DNA from: Candidatus Bathyarchaeia archaeon
Lineage (GTDB): Archaea; Thermoproteota; Bathyarchaeia; TCS64
Reading direction: 5' to 3'
Assembly (NCBI GenBank): GCA_050014495.1
Contig: JBEKDF010000001.1
Coordinates: 160,001 to 224,000, forward strand
DNA length: 64,000 nucleotides
Both the position numbers and the translations under genes were made by a program. Below the pieces are notes generated by a model. That model saw only the letters and a list, made by a program, of their open reading frames with translations. It made no database searches and had not been told where the DNA came from. Shown here in pieces: positions 19,164 to 29,886 of the stretch; within the stretch, counting starts at the first letter, position 1; each line of letters starts with the position of its first letter.

Positions 19164-20477
19164 CTATATCTTCATCTTATTGAGCTTGCCCTCAATGACC
19201 TCCATACCCAAGTACTTCTGGAGTGCCTTAGGCACCTTAATAGTACCATCAGCTTGCTGGTACTGCTCCAATATCATGATCATTGTCCTGGAGGTCGCAA
19301 GAGCAGTGTTATTGAGGGTATGAACGAAGCCCATAGGAGCCTGCCCTTCCTTCATCCTATATCGGACATTCAACCTCCTAGCCTGGTAGTCGGTGCAATT
19401 TGAGTTGCTCCCCACTTCCCTGTACTCCCCATCAGCCATCCACGCCTCGGTGTCGTATTTCTTCGCAGCGATGCTGCCAATATCGCCTGTGCAGACGTTC
19501 ACGACCCTGTAGTGGATGCCGAGGCCCTCGTAGAGTGCTTCGCTATTCCTCTGCAGCTCCTCATGGAGAACCCAGCTCTGCTCAGGAAGGCAGAAGATGA
19601 ACTGCTCGATTTTGTTGAACTGATGGACGCGGAAGATGCCCTTAGTGTACTTGCCGTGACTCCCTATCTCCCTACGGAAACAGGGTGAGACGCCGCACAT
19701 CTTGATGGGTAGTTGATCCGCGGTTAGGGTCTCATCCTTAAGCATAGCACCCATCGGGTGCTCGGATGTAGCGATTAGGTATAGTGGGTCTTTGATGTTC
19801 TCTGAGTCGTCGATCCGATACATCACATTTTCGAAGTCGTTGAGGTCGGTTACCCCCTCATAGAAGCTTCTCCTGATCATGTATGGTGGCTCTATGAGGC
19901 TATACCCTCTGCTGAGGAGGAGGTCCATTGCATACCTCATCACAGAGTAGTCGAGGAGAGCCAGTTCATTGCGCAAGTAATAGAATCCGGTTCCAGTGAC
20001 TTTGGCAGCCCTCTCGAAGTCGGCTATTCCTAGGGACTGGGAGAGGTCGGCGTGACTACTTGGCAAGAAATCGAATTTCGGCGGCTCCCCCCAGACCTTT
20101 ACAACAACATTATCTTTGTCATCCTTCCCGTAGGGCACCGACTCGTGGAGGAGGTTGGGCAGCCTCATGAGGCCATTCTTAACGAAAACCTGCCTCTCTT
20201 CTAGCTCGGACTCGATTACTTTGATCTCCTCGGGGATTCTACTAGCCTCGAGTTTCAGAGAAGAGGCATCCTTCTTGGCCTTCATAACCTGGGCTATCTC
20301 CTGGCTGACCTCATTCCGCCTCTTGCGGAGTTGGTTCACCTTAGTTGTCAACTCGCGCCACCGCTTATCTGCGGTGATAACCTGGTCGAGGAGCTCCAAC
20401 TTCTCTGGCTGCTGCCTCCTCTCTAGGTTAGCGCGCACCATCTCAGGATTCTCCCTGATCAGCTTAATATCAAGCAA
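19164..20477 (-). CDS. serS: Seryl-tRNA synthetase
   Basis: LDIKLIREN, coiled-coil arm, YLIATSE, FRRE, FRVHQF.K.EQF, SNCTDYQARR, HTLNNT. Confidence 0.97.
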   Translation of the reverse strand: MLDIKLIRENPEMVRANLERRQQPEKLELLDQVITADKRWRELTTKVNQLRKRRNEVSQEIAQVMKAKKDASSLKLEASRIPEEIKVIESELEERQVFVKNGLMRLPNLLHESVPYGKDDKDNVVVKVWGEPPKFDFLPSSHADLSQSLGIADFERAAKVTGTGFYYLRNELALLDYSVMRYAMDLLLSRGYSLIEPPYMIRRSFYEGVTDLNDFENVMYRIDDSENIKDPLYLIATSEHPMGAMLKDETLTADQLPIKMCGVSPCFRREIGSHGKYTKGIFRVHQFNKIEQFIFCLPEQSWVLHEELQRNSEALYEGLGIHYRVVNVCTGDIGSIAAKKYDTEAWMADGEYREVGSNSNCTDYQARRLNVRYRMKEGQAPMGFVHTLNNTALATSRTMIMILEQYQQADGTIKVPKALQKYLGMEVIEGKLNKMKI

Positions 20478-20570
20478 CTACAGTCACGCAAACAAACAGA
20501 AGCCACTTGGTGAATTTAGAAGTTAGGATCCGGGCATGGTTTATTATCCACTGATCCCGATGAATCACCG

Positions 20571-20885
20571 GTGACTGTTGTGAAGTTCATAGCATTTCTG
20601 GAGTGCGCGTCCGAGGATCTGGACGACTTCATTGAGATATGGAAGAGGAGAACTCACGCTAAGCATACTGTGAAAACACTTTTCCCACCCCACACGATGG
20701 CGAATACACCAAAAGGCTATTCGGGTTTCACAATCTTTGAAACGGATAACTCAGACGACATTATGCACTACGTTACTGAATATGGGCAGGTTGCAAGCGT
20801 GCAGGTCTACCCGATTTGGGAGTCCCAGAAGGGGGCAGAACTATATCAAAAAATTAAGTTACCGATGAAGAAGAGTGCTGAATAG
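20571..20885 (+). CDS. Small ferredoxin-like-fold protein (DUF3303-like)
   Basis: KFIAF...GFTIFETDN.....Y......V.P pattern. Confidence 0.55.
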   Translation: MTVVKFIAFLECASEDLDDFIEIWKRRTHAKHTVKTLFPPHTMANTPKGYSGFTIFETDNSDDIMHYVTEYGQVASVQVYPIWESQKGAELYQKIKLPMKKSAE

Positions 20886-20949
20886 CCTTAAACTCTCAGT
20901 TTCACCTGGGTCTCCCCTATGTTGTGGTACGTAACCCATTTTAACACTG

Positions 20950-21165
20950 ATGGGATCGAATCTCACGGTGAATCGATTGGAGTCAGCCTCAAGCTACCAG
21001 ATGGGAGCATTCGAAGCACTCGAGTGGGCATGGCACCTCCTTAGAACGCAAAAAGAGCACTGCGGATCAGTGGATGACGCCTTCAGCACGGTCCAGAGGC
21101 TCCTCGCTGAAGTGGGCAAAGGTAGTGAAATCGACTTCCGCGAAGAGATAAGTCGCCTCAATTAG
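20950..21165 (+). CDS. Small hypothetical protein
   Basis: 71-aa ORF with natural-looking amphipathic helices; fills the intergenic space. Confidence 0.5.
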   Translation: MGSNLTVNRLESASSYQMGAFEALEWAWHLLRTQKEHCGSVDDAFSTVQRLLAEVGKGSEIDFREEISRLN

Positions 21166-21235
21166 ACGCCTTTTAAATAATCATTAATTACTATGTCCTA
21201 ATAATCTAGACCTGGCTCAGAAAGTCTCTCCTGAA

Positions 21236-21419
21236 GTGTTTAAGGACGCTTAAGTCGCTGACGGTACAGGAAAACAGCCCGTCAAGGATGCTACCATCCT
21301 TATCAAAGATTCCACAATCGAGAAGGTTGAAAAGAGGTGGTTGCCCTATTCACGCGAGCAAGAGGACGATATGTCTCGTCATAAAATCGGGAAACGTCGA
21401 TGTCAACAGGGGCATATAG
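21236..21419 (+). pseudogene. Collapsed amidohydrolase remnant
   Basis: VFKDA*VADGTGKQPVKDATILIKDSTIEKV resembles an amidohydrolase N-terminus; ICLVIKSGNVDVNRGI* in another frame resembles its C-terminus. Confidence 0.55.
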
Positions 21420-21422
21420 CAA

Positions 21423-22103
21423 ATGGAAATTAGGCGATTAAGCCTCCTCGAGGGAGCACGAAGGGCTACTGGCACCACTATTATAATTGATGTGTTTCGG
21501 GCATTCACAACTGCTGCCTTTGTCATGGCGAATGGCGCTGTTACAATAATACCAGTCAGCACAGTCGAGGAAGCGTTTGAGCTACGCCGAAACAACCCTG
21601 GGTGGATCGTCATGGGAGAGATCCATGGTCATAAGGTCTCTGGCTTTGAATACGGCAATAGCCCCGACGAGGTGAGCCGAGTCGACTTCACTGGTAAGAC
21701 CATCATCCAACGCACGAGCAGTGGAGTTCAAGGAATAATCAACGCTTCCCATGCTGACGATGTGCTGCTCGGAAGCTTCGTCACTGCTGAAGCTACAGTC
21801 AAATACATAAAGAGTAGAAATCCAACTGTCGTCTCACTTGTAGCAATGGGATGGGAGGGAAATTATGAAGCCATCGAGGATGAGCTCTGTGCTGGATACC
21901 TTGAAAACAGGCTCAGAGGAGGTCATCCAGATTTTACGGATATTATGAAAAGGATCAGGGCCGATCCGCAAGGTGCCAAGTTCTTCGACACCAAACAAAC
22001 CATCTTCAGAGAGGGAGATTTTCACTCAGCGATGAGCCTAGACCAGTTCGACTTCGCTCTCAGGGTCGCCAGGGACGTTCCTATGCACATTGAGAAAATC
22101 TGA
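21423..22103 (+). CDS. 2-phosphosulfolactate phosphatase (ComB) family protein
   Basis: IIIDVFRAFTT, MGE..G.K..GF.YGNSP, RTSSG, EDELCA. Confidence 0.85.
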   Translation: MEIRRLSLLEGARRATGTTIIIDVFRAFTTAAFVMANGAVTIIPVSTVEEAFELRRNNPGWIVMGEIHGHKVSGFEYGNSPDEVSRVDFTGKTIIQRTSSGVQGIINASHADDVLLGSFVTAEATVKYIKSRNPTVVSLVAMGWEGNYEAIEDELCAGYLENRLRGGHPDFTDIMKRIRADPQGAKFFDTKQTIFREGDFHSAMSLDQFDFALRVARDVPMHIEKI

Positions 22104-22149
22104 TCGCTAACTTTTACTAATACTCCTACCAACCTCTACTCGAAATCTT

Positions 22150-22572
22150 ATGATGGTCTCCGATATTATGACGAAGGAACCCGTCACCATCTCCCCCGCG
22201 ACTAGGGCTGATGATGTCGCAAATATAATGTATAAGAAGGAAATTAGCAGCGTTATCCTCGTCACCAACGGGAAACCCGTGGGAATATTAACGGAGCGTG
22301 ACCTGGTTCACAGAGTCCTAGCCCAGGGGAAGGATCCTAAGAAACTTATGGCAGCGGACATCTGCACCAATCCGGTCATCGCAGTCTCCGTCCACTGCCA
22401 AGTAGAAACAGCAATTGACACAATGAATGAACATAAGATCAGACGCCTAGTAGTAATCGATGACATGAATCACGTTGCCGGCATCGTGACCACTGACGAC
22501 ATCGGCTTCATCTTGAAAAGCATGAGCGAGGATCTCGCCATGAAGTACCTAAACCTCACAAAGAGGAAGTAA
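22150..22572 (+). CDS. CBS-domain protein
   Basis: VSDIMT, VGILTERDL, IRRLVV, GIVTTDDI. Confidence 0.9.
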   Translation: MMVSDIMTKEPVTISPATRADDVANIMYKKEISSVILVTNGKPVGILTERDLVHRVLAQGKDPKKLMAADICTNPVIAVSVHCQVETAIDTMNEHKIRRLVVIDDMNHVAGIVTTDDIGFILKSMSEDLAMKYLNLTKRK

Positions 22573-22648
22573 TTCTCAAAGCGTGGATCTTTTCTCCATT
22601 CAAGTTTTAAGCTGACCGACCACTTGTCTCTGTAAGGGGGTCCGGTGT

Positions 22649-23728
22649 ATGAAGATCGACCCTTTCAGGCTGGAGCGGTGGCTACTCGAAAAGGCTGATA
22701 TCGACCTCGGTGGGGGCGGGGTGGCGAAGCTCCAGCTAAGGGATGTTATGCCCCAGATGTCGGGGGAAACCATGTTGAAGTATGGTCGTACATGTGGTTC
22801 CGACGCCCTCAGGAGCCATGTTGCAGAATGGTATGGGGTCGAGATTGAGAACGTTCTCATCACCTCCGGAACGAGCGAGGCGAATCTGATAGTCAATCTC
22901 GCTCTTCTCGACCAGGGGGACGAGTACTTCACCGAGGTACCCCAGTATGAACAGACCACCGGTTTCGCCAGGATGCTTGGGGCGAAAGTGAAGCCCTTTC
23001 ATCTCATCGAGGAGAAGGGATGGGCGCCAGATCTAGAGGAACTAAAGGAGAGAATTAACCGTCGAACTAAACTACTCTTTTTAGACAACCCGAACAACCC
23101 AACCGGGGCGGTTATGACCCAAGAAGAGATGCAGGCCCTATGCGAGATAGCCGAAAGGGTGGGCGCCTATGTACACTGCGACAACGCACTCCGAGGATCC
23201 GAGATAGATGGGAAACCCGCCGCGACACCGGAGTTCTACGAGAGAGGAGTAGTCACGGGGAGCATCAGCAAGCTAGGCGCTACGAGCCCCCGCATAGGGT
23301 GGATAGTAGCCAACAATGAGATTATTGATCGCTGCTGGACGATGAAAGACTACACAACTCTCAGTCACTGCGGCATAGGAGAGCAGATCGCCGAGAAACT
23401 TGTGTCGAACCGCGCGAGATATCTGAAGAGGAACCAGTCGATTAAAGAGGCTAACACCAAGACGTGGGCGACTTGGAAGGAATCTAACTCCGACCTCGTC
23501 ACATGCGTGGAGCCAAAAGGGGGATTCACAGTCTTTCCCCGTTACAAGAACCGCCTCGGTTCAACAAAGTTCACGGAGAGGCTCCTCAAGGAAGAAGGCG
23601 TCATGGTGAGCCCCGGAGACCAGTTTGGCGTAGAAAGGCACTTGAGGATCAACATAGGGACGAAGGGAGATACCTTAAGCAACGGTCTCGAACGCATCGG
23701 GAGATTCATGCATAGAATATTGAAATAG
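22649..23728 (+). CDS. PLP-dependent aminotransferase, class I/II
   Basis: F.LERW, TSGTSEAN, NPNNPTG, GSISK (PLP Lys), RIGW. Confidence 0.88.
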   Translation: MKIDPFRLERWLLEKADIDLGGGGVAKLQLRDVMPQMSGETMLKYGRTCGSDALRSHVAEWYGVEIENVLITSGTSEANLIVNLALLDQGDEYFTEVPQYEQTTGFARMLGAKVKPFHLIEEKGWAPDLEELKERINRRTKLLFLDNPNNPTGAVMTQEEMQALCEIAERVGAYVHCDNALRGSEIDGKPAATPEFYERGVVTGSISKLGATSPRIGWIVANNEIIDRCWTMKDYTTLSHCGIGEQIAEKLVSNRARYLKRNQSIKEANTKTWATWKESNSDLVTCVEPKGGFTVFPRYKNRLGSTKFTERLLKEEGVMVSPGDQFGVERHLRINIGTKGDTLSNGLERIGRFMHRILK

Positions 23729-23817
23729 CCTCGTATACACCATAAAGGGTGCCGATTCAAAATATTATCTGTGATGAGGTCTATATCCTCGGTGATCCAG
23801 TAATTCACCAGATCCAG

Positions 23818-24528
23818 ATGAAGATCGGCATACTAGGTGGTACTGGCAACATGGGTGGTGGCTTAGCACTCCGTCTCTCCCTAAAGCATGACATTATAGT
23901 AGGCTCAAGGAGCATCGAAAAGGCAACCCAGACAGCCAAGGAGCTGGATGCGAAGGCTGTTAACTTCTACAAATCCGCTATGAAGGGGAGTATATCTGGG
24001 ACCATCAATGAGGAGGCCATCGAGGGGATGGATATTATTGTCGAGACGCTTCCAGCATCGGTTGCTATCACTACTCTCGCCACTCTCAAGGATAAATTCA
24101 CCCCCAGGCAGATAGTCGTCTCCTGCGTCGTCCCAATGAAGAGGCATGGTAAGCTCTACATGTGGTCCCCCGTCATCGCTGGCGGTTGCGACCAATCGCG
24201 ATCGGCAGCGGAGCTGATCCAGGAAGCTGTAGCACCCGTAAAGGTGGTCTCCGCTTTTCAGACAGTACCAGCGCAGTATCTGAACGACATAAACGGTATT
24301 CTGGACCTTGATGTCTTCGTGGCGGGGGATGACGAAGCCGCGGTGGAAACAGTGATGTGGCTCGCAAGGGATATCCCCGGCCTGAGACCGCTGAGGGTCG
24401 GTCCTTTGGAGAACTCTAAATGGGTTGAGTCACTAACACCACTCTTACTAAATGCTGCTATCCTTAATGGGCTACACGATCCATCCATTCGAATCGTGCC
24501 CTGGGTCCCAAGCGAATTTGAGACTTAA
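23818..24528 (+). CDS. npdG: F420-dependent NADP+ oxidoreductase
   Basis: MKIGILGGTGNMG, VGSRS, SAAE, VVSAFQTV, GPLEN...ESLTPLL. Confidence 0.88.
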   Translation: MKIGILGGTGNMGGGLALRLSLKHDIIVGSRSIEKATQTAKELDAKAVNFYKSAMKGSISGTINEEAIEGMDIIVETLPASVAITTLATLKDKFTPRQIVVSCVVPMKRHGKLYMWSPVIAGGCDQSRSAAELIQEAVAPVKVVSAFQTVPAQYLNDINGILDLDVFVAGDDEAAVETVMWLARDIPGLRPLRVGPLENSKWVESLTPLLLNAAILNGLHDPSIRIVPWVPSEFET

Positions 24529-24566
24529 ATGCTTTAAAAACAATGCTAAGAGGCAAGGAAATAAAT

Positions 24567-24653
24567 TGGCGCCGGGAGAGGGATTCGAACCCTCGAGTCC
24601 GTACGGACACCAGCTTTCCAGGCTGGCTCCCTACCGAGCTAGGAGACCCCGGC
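24567..24653 (-). tRNA. tRNA-Ser(GGA), no intron, encoded CCA
   Basis: Reverse complement GCCGGGG...CCAGC-CT-GGA-AA-GCTGG, long variable arm GTCCGTACGGAC, GGTTCGAATCC, CCCGGC-G-CCA. Confidence 0.95.
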
Positions 24654-24741
24654 TCCACCAAATACCCAAGGGGTCACCAATTTAAACTCTATCGGCAAGA
24701 CCGGAGACGTTTTTAGGGGCGACTGTGGAGGCTTCTACGCA

Positions 24742-25086
24742 ATGGAAGCTCTCAATGTCAACTGGGTGGAGCGCAGCGAGAAGACCCTAGAGGAGCTTAA
24801 AAAGCTCAAGGAGAAGAAGGAGCAGGACCGTCTCGACAGAGTCCGCGCAATGCGCTTCGCCTTCATGGCCCTCGGTCAGAGTCTTGCCGGTTGGATGCAG
24901 TGGGTAAATAGCCCCGAAGTTATGAGCAACTTCACCAAGGAAGAACTGGAAGAAATGAGTCAGACTGTTATTGGTATGGTTGAGAAGTTTATGGAGTATG
25001 ACATCGATATAACGAATGAGGGCATGCAGAAGGGCGTCGCAAAACAACGCGAGCAAGAGGATCAGGGAAACCACTTTGTAATCTAG
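24742..25086 (+). CDS. DUF2153-family archaeal protein
   Basis: WV...L..L....DRL...R..F..L..SL.GW.QW...P..M..F..EEL pattern. Confidence 0.75.
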   Translation: MEALNVNWVERSEKTLEELKKLKEKKEQDRLDRVRAMRFAFMALGQSLAGWMQWVNSPEVMSNFTKEELEEMSQTVIGMVEKFMEYDIDITNEGMQKGVAKQREQEDQGNHFVI

Positions 25087-25481
25087 CCGAGCCTCTGCCC
25101 GGCACCCTGCCCACCACTCCCCTGGAAAACCTCCTCAACAGAGCAAATAACAGCCGCCTTCCCGGGGAACTGGCGTGTTCCGCTAGTCGCCATCTTCCTG
25201 ATCTGCTCGTACCTAGGGCCAGACGTCTCCCAGTGGACGCGACATTTTATCTGGTAGCTTTTCCCATCAGCCCAACCATTGAATGCGACGACGGGATTCT
25301 CTTCTAAGTTCGCCTTAGTCTTATTCAAATAATTGTCAGAGACAACGAGTGTCTCGTCATCGGTCCAATACCACATGCCGACGAGTATTACGTTTGGACG
25401 TCCCGTCTTATCCGCAGTAGCCATAGGGATAACCCGCTGTTTTTCGAAGACCGCCATTATCTCGGGCGAAACCTTTGCCAT
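25083..25481 (-). CDS. Pyridoxamine 5'-phosphate oxidase-like flavin-binding protein
   Basis: MATADKTGRPNV, DNYLNKT.ANLEENP, YQIK, GQGAG. Confidence 0.82.
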   Translation of the reverse strand: MAKVSPEIMAVFEKQRVIPMATADKTGRPNVILVGMWYWTDDETLVVSDNYLNKTKANLEENPVVAFNGWADGKSYQIKCRVHWETSGPRYEQIRKMATSGTRQFPGKAAVICSVEEVFQGSGGQGAGQRLG

Positions 25482-25683
25482 ATTGATTCGAGGGTAATAG
25501 ATCCTCTGCATTGATAAAAGTTGAGAATAAGTCGCGTACGCTAATTGAGGACTGCTTCCACTTAATCTTAGGTAAAAACGAAATCAGATTGTAGGTTGTG
25601 GCATGAATAACTAGCTATAGTAAGAAAAAGGCATAATGATTTTTTAGATTGGAGCCATTTGGCTCCGGTTAAAAAGGCTGTTT

Positions 25684-27327
25684 TTACTCTTCGTCTCCGC
25701 CGGGGGGCATCCCGCCCTTTCCGCCGGGGCCGCCTGGACCACCGCCGCTCTTCGCAGCGACGACGTCGTCGATCCTCAGGATCATGCTTGCAACCTCGAT
25801 GCTACTCTTTATCGCCTGCTGCTTCACGACCATGGGTTCGATGACGCCTTCCTTGAGCATATCGATGACGCCGCCTTCGAAGACGTTGACTCCCATCTTG
25901 AGGCCGTTCTTCTTCTCGTGGGCAGCCTTCATCGCGACCATTGTGTCGAGGAGGTCGAGGCCCGCGTTCTCTGCGAGGGTCCTCGGGATTACCTCGAGTG
26001 CGTCGGAGAATGCCTCAATGGCGAGTTGCTCCCGCCCACCTACCTGACGAGCGTAGGCGCGAACCTCTTTCGAGAGCTCCATCTCGATGGCTCCGCCGCC
26101 GGGTACCATCTTAGGCACCTTGGCAACGTCGCTTACTACATAGAGCGCATCGTTTAGGCTCCTCTCCGCTTCGTCGATCATCCTTTCCAAGCCTGCGCGG
26201 ACGAAGATGGCGACGCTCGCTGGGTTCTTGCATTCCTCTACGAAGATCATCTTGTCGTTACCGACTTTTCTCTCCTCGACGAGTCCGCAAGTCCCGAGGT
26301 CAGCCTTCTTCAGGTCCTTGAGGTTGTTGACGATCTTAGCGCCTGTCGCCTTTGCGAGCTTCTCCATGTCGCTCTCCTTGAGGCGGCGAGCCGCCATTAT
26401 CCCCGCCTTTGCGAGGAAGTGCTGGGCGACGTCGTCGATGCCTTTTTGGCAGAGCAATACATTTGCGCCGGAGGCTGCGACCTGGTCGACCATCTTCTTC
26501 AGCATCTCGGTCTCCTGGTCTAGGAAGGCCTTGACGCCCTCGGGGGTCTTGATGCGGATCTCGGCGTCGATCTCGGTCTTCTCGATCTCAATCGCGACGT
26601 TGAGGAGGGCGATCTTTGCGTTCTTGAGCTTCTTTGGCATCCCGTCGTGGACGACTTCCTTGTCGACGATTATGCCCTTGACGAGCTCAGTTTCCTTGAG
26701 GCTCTTACCTTCCTTCTTCACGATCTGGACGTTGTCGACGTCGGCGATTACCTCGTTGCCGCGCTTCTCTATGATCTGCTTGATTGCGTCGACTACTACG
26801 CCGGCTAGGTGCTCTCTGTCACTGCTGACCGCCTTGCTTCTCATAGATGTACTGGCGAGCTTGATTAGTGTCTCCCTGTCATTCATGTCGACTGGCAGTG
26901 CGACCTGGGTCAGTACTTCGAGTGCTTTATCGGCAGCCTTTTGGTATCCGCTGATGACGATGCTTGGATGGATCTCCTGTTCTAGGAGCTCATCCGCTTT
27001 CTTCAGCAACTCGCCCGCGAAAATGACTGCAGTGGTTGTGCCGTCTCCAACCTCCTTGTCCTGGGTCTTTGCGACCTCGATTATCATCTTGGCTGCAGGA
27101 TGCTGTACGTCGATCTCCTCGAGTACCTTGGCGCCGTCGCTTGTGATGGTGATGTCGCCGAGGCTGTCTACGAGCATTTTATCCATGCCGCGGGGGCCGA
27201 GTGTCGTCTTAAGGACCTCTGCTACTATCTGGCCCGCCATCATGTTGCTGCGGCGCGCGTCTCGGCCGCGGCTCCTCTTTGTATCCTCCTTGAGTACTAT
27301 TACTGGCTGGTTTCCTTGGTATGTCAT
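25684..27327 (-). CDS. Thermosome (group II chaperonin) subunit
   Basis: [40 protein letters not shown]. Confidence 0.97.
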   Translation of the reverse strand: MTYQGNQPVIVLKEDTKRSRGRDARRSNMMAGQIVAEVLKTTLGPRGMDKMLVDSLGDITITSDGAKVLEEIDVQHPAAKMIIEVAKTQDKEVGDGTTTAVIFAGELLKKADELLEQEIHPSIVISGYQKAADKALEVLTQVALPVDMNDRETLIKLASTSMRSKAVSSDREHLAGVVVDAIKQIIEKRGNEVIADVDNVQIVKKEGKSLKETELVKGIIVDKEVVHDGMPKKLKNAKIALLNVAIEIEKTEIDAEIRIKTPEGVKAFLDQETEMLKKMVDQVAASGANVLLCQKGIDDVAQHFLAKAGIMAARRLKESDMEKLAKATGAKIVNNLKDLKKADLGTCGLVEERKVGNDKMIFVEECKNPASVAIFVRAGLERMIDEAERSLNDALYVVSDVAKVPKMVPGGGAIEMELSKEVRAYARQVGGREQLAIEAFSDALEVIPRTLAENAGLDLLDTMVAMKAAHEKKNGLKMGVNVFEGGVIDMLKEGVIEPMVVKQQAIKSSIEVASMILRIDDVVAAKSGGGPGGPGGKGGMPPGGDEE

Positions 27328-27337
27328 CGTATTTCAC

Positions 27338-29008
27338 CTACATCATAGGGGGCATGCCGCCCATGCCACCCATTCCACCCATGCCGCCGCCCATGCCTCC
27401 TTCGGCTCCTGGTGGCGGACCCTTACTCTTCGTCGATGCGATCACGTCATCGATCTTGATGAGCATCGTCGCGACCTCTGTAGCGGACTTTATAGCCTGT
27501 GCCTTGACGACCATCGGCTCGAGGATCTCGAGCTTCTCCATGTCTACTATCTTGCTCTCTAGTGCCTCGACTCCTGCCCACTTCTCGCCTTTTGCGTGAC
27601 GGCTCTGGAGCTCAGCCATGGCGTCGATGGGGTCCATTCCTGCGTTCTCTGCTAGTGTCGTCGGAAGTACCTCGATTGCGTCGGCGAATGCAGATATGGC
27701 GAGTCTTTCCCTGCCCTTGAGCTTCTCAGCGTAAGTGCGGAGTTTCCTCGCGATCTCGATGTCGACAGCGCCTCCACCTGCAACGATTTTGGGCTCCTCG
27801 ACAACGTCCTTGACGACGCAGAGGGCATCGTGGATGCTCCTCTCGGCCTCGTCGACGATTCTCTCGGTGCCGCCGCGGATCAGTATGCTTACAGCCTTGG
27901 GGTTCTTGCAGCCCTCGACGAAGATTAGCTTGTCAGAGCCGATCTTCCTCTCCTCTACGGAGTCGGCGTAGCCGGCGTCCGTTGCTGAGAGTTCGTCGAC
28001 GCTACTGACAACCTTAGCGCCCGTCGCCTTGGCGAGAGCCTCCATGTCACTCTTCTTGAGCCTGCGAGCGGCCATGATACCCTCACGGGCTAAGAAGTGT
28101 TGCACCATGTCATCGATCCCCTTCTGGCAGAATAGGACACTAATGTTAGCGCCCTTCACCTTCGCGACCATGTCCCGCAGCATCTTCTCCTCCTCATCTA
28201 GGTAGGCCTGCATCTCATCAGGGGACTCGATGCTTATCTTGCTGGTGAACTCGGTTTTCTCGATCTCCATAGCGGCGTCGAGTAAGCCGATCTTCGCCTT
28301 CTTGACGAGCTTCGGCATGTCGCTGTGGACGACCTCCTTGTCGATGACGAGCCCCTTGATGAGGGCGGTGTCCGTCATGGAGCCGCCGGGTTTCTTCTCC
28401 ACCTTGACCATGTCGAGGTCGACTTTCCATTTACCGTTCGCCTCCTCAGCAACCTGGAGGATAGCGTCAACCGCTACCTCGGAGAGGTAACCACTGTGAC
28501 TGCCAACGAGCTTAGTCGACATCGTTGTCTTCGCGACGCGCTTCAATGTATCCTTATCCCTCGGCTTAACAGTGATGGCGATGTCGCTTAGTATCCTCAG
28601 AGCCTCCTCCTGGGCAACTCTGTAGCCGTCGATAATTACAGTTGGGTGGACCTTCTTCTCCATAAGGTCCGACGCTTTACCGAGCAGCTCGCCGGCGAGG
28701 ACAACGACAGTCGTAGTACCGTCACCGACCTCGGTGTCCTGGGTTTTACTGACCTCCACCATCATCTTAGCCGCGGGATGCTGGATATCCATCTCCTTAA
28801 GCATCGTCGCGCCGTCGTTGGTGATTGTTACATCGCCGAAGCTGTCGACGAGCATCTTATCCATTCCCTTTGGGCCAAGGCTTGTCTTAACGGCCTCGGC
28901 TACGATCCTCGCGGCCATGATGTTGTTGCCGCGAGCGTCATTACCCGTGTTCCTCTCAGTTCCTTCCTTGAGGATGTAGATGGGCTGATTACTATTTTGT
29001 GCACTCAT
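27338..29008 (-). CDS. Thermosome (group II chaperonin) subunit with GGM-repeat tail
   Basis: [32 protein letters not shown]-terminal [20 protein letters not shown]. Confidence 0.97.
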   Translation of the reverse strand: MSAQNSNQPIYILKEGTERNTGNDARGNNIMAARIVAEAVKTSLGPKGMDKMLVDSFGDVTITNDGATMLKEMDIQHPAAKMMVEVSKTQDTEVGDGTTTVVVLAGELLGKASDLMEKKVHPTVIIDGYRVAQEEALRILSDIAITVKPRDKDTLKRVAKTTMSTKLVGSHSGYLSEVAVDAILQVAEEANGKWKVDLDMVKVEKKPGGSMTDTALIKGLVIDKEVVHSDMPKLVKKAKIGLLDAAMEIEKTEFTSKISIESPDEMQAYLDEEEKMLRDMVAKVKGANISVLFCQKGIDDMVQHFLAREGIMAARRLKKSDMEALAKATGAKVVSSVDELSATDAGYADSVEERKIGSDKLIFVEGCKNPKAVSILIRGGTERIVDEAERSIHDALCVVKDVVEEPKIVAGGGAVDIEIARKLRTYAEKLKGRERLAISAFADAIEVLPTTLAENAGMDPIDAMAELQSRHAKGEKWAGVEALESKIVDMEKLEILEPMVVKAQAIKSATEVATMLIKIDDVIASTKSKGPPPGAEGGMGGGMGGMGGMGGMPPMM

Positions 29009-29081
29009 TCAATCATCTCTTTAATATAAATGGCTACACCGGTAATTCGACCATCCTTTGAGATGGAGCTTATTGTTGATT

Positions 29082-29134
29082 CGATATACGCCAACGGTGT
29101 ACCACTTCTGGTTGTAAACCAACAGTGTATATCG
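29082..29134. promoter_or_regulatory. 53-bp symmetric element (four 11-bp boxes, 14-bp period) in the thermosome promoter or leader
   Basis: CGATATACGCC-n3-GGTGTACCACT-n3-GGTTGTAAACC-n3-AGTGTATATCG; outer 8-bp arms are exact reverse complements; just downstream of a minus-strand TATA-like tract at about 29138-29148. Confidence 0.55.
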
Positions 29135-29171
29135 GCTATAATAAAAAAACCTTTTGGTAGTTTAGAATATG

Positions 29172-29885
29172 TCACGTGTTCAGACTTATAAAATTCTCGT
29201 TTCTTGAGGCGAGGCCTTCCTTTACGAGATCTGACACTATATCCCGCACATCGGCTTCGTTTAACTGGAGGGTTTTGCTGAGGTCTTCTATGCTCGTGGG
29301 GCCGATATCAACGAGATGCTGTATTATTTGCTTCTTTTTTCGGTCGAGTTCTTCTAAGGCTCCTTGTGTGGCTCCAAGTGCTAAGTTGCGTATGTAGAGT
29401 AGTCTGGCCCGTCTCTTCTCGAGGCTCTCGAGCTCCTCGTCTATTATCTCGATTATTTGGCGGAGCGGTGGCACATCATCGACATTGAGCTCTTCATCGT
29501 CTATGTCCTTCACCTGATCCTCAAGTCTCTCCATGTAGTTATCCTCCTGGATCCACTGGTGGGGGTTGTTGAAGCTGATTAGTCTCTCGTTGTAGAGGCT
29601 TGGGCTGAAGTCTATTTGGAGGCTGTAGAACTTGTTTAGGTGGAAGACGTTCTTGTCAGCTCCAAAGGTGCTCTTCTGTCGAACCACGTCAACGAGCTCT
29701 GCGTCTTGGATTACCTTTAGGTGTTTTGCGGCTAGTTGTTGGTTGATATTGAGTTCGTTGCTCAATCGGAGGGTGTAGTCGGGTCCTTCGCTTAGCTTCT
29801 TTATTATGTGTCGTCGAACCGGGTTCCCAAGTACACCTACTACCTTCTCGAAGTTCTTCCTCTGGGCCCGTTTCTTATTCGACAC
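29172..29885 (-). CDS. ArsR-like winged-HTH regulator, Phr/HSR1 heat-shock repressor-like
   Basis: LGNPVRRHII..LS.GP.Y...LS.EL.INQQL..KHL, then a coiled coil and a second HTH; directly upstream of the thermosome pair. Confidence 0.72.
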   Translation of the reverse strand: MSNKKRAQRKNFEKVVGVLGNPVRRHIIKKLSEGPDYTLRLSNELNINQQLAAKHLKVIQDAELVDVVRQKSTFGADKNVFHLNKFYSLQIDFSPSLYNERLISFNNPHQWIQEDNYMERLEDQVKDIDDEELNVDDVPPLRQIIEIIDEELESLEKRRARLLYIRNLALGATQGALEELDRKKKQIIQHLVDIGPTSIEDLSKTLQLNEADVRDIVSDLVKEGLASRNENFISLNT

Positions 29886-29886
29886 T

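Noticed and set aside
24540..24742. Mobile element integrated at tRNA-Ser
   Set aside because: No integrase, no duplicated tRNA 3' end seen, and the flanks are ordinary genes.
27338..27410. GGCATG-type DNA repeat
   Set aside because: Encodes the well-known GGM tail of chaperonins.
26207..27562. 451-aa ORF on the + strand
   Set aside because: Antisense shadow of the strongly codon-biased thermosome genes; Ser/Thr/Phe-rich with no motifs.
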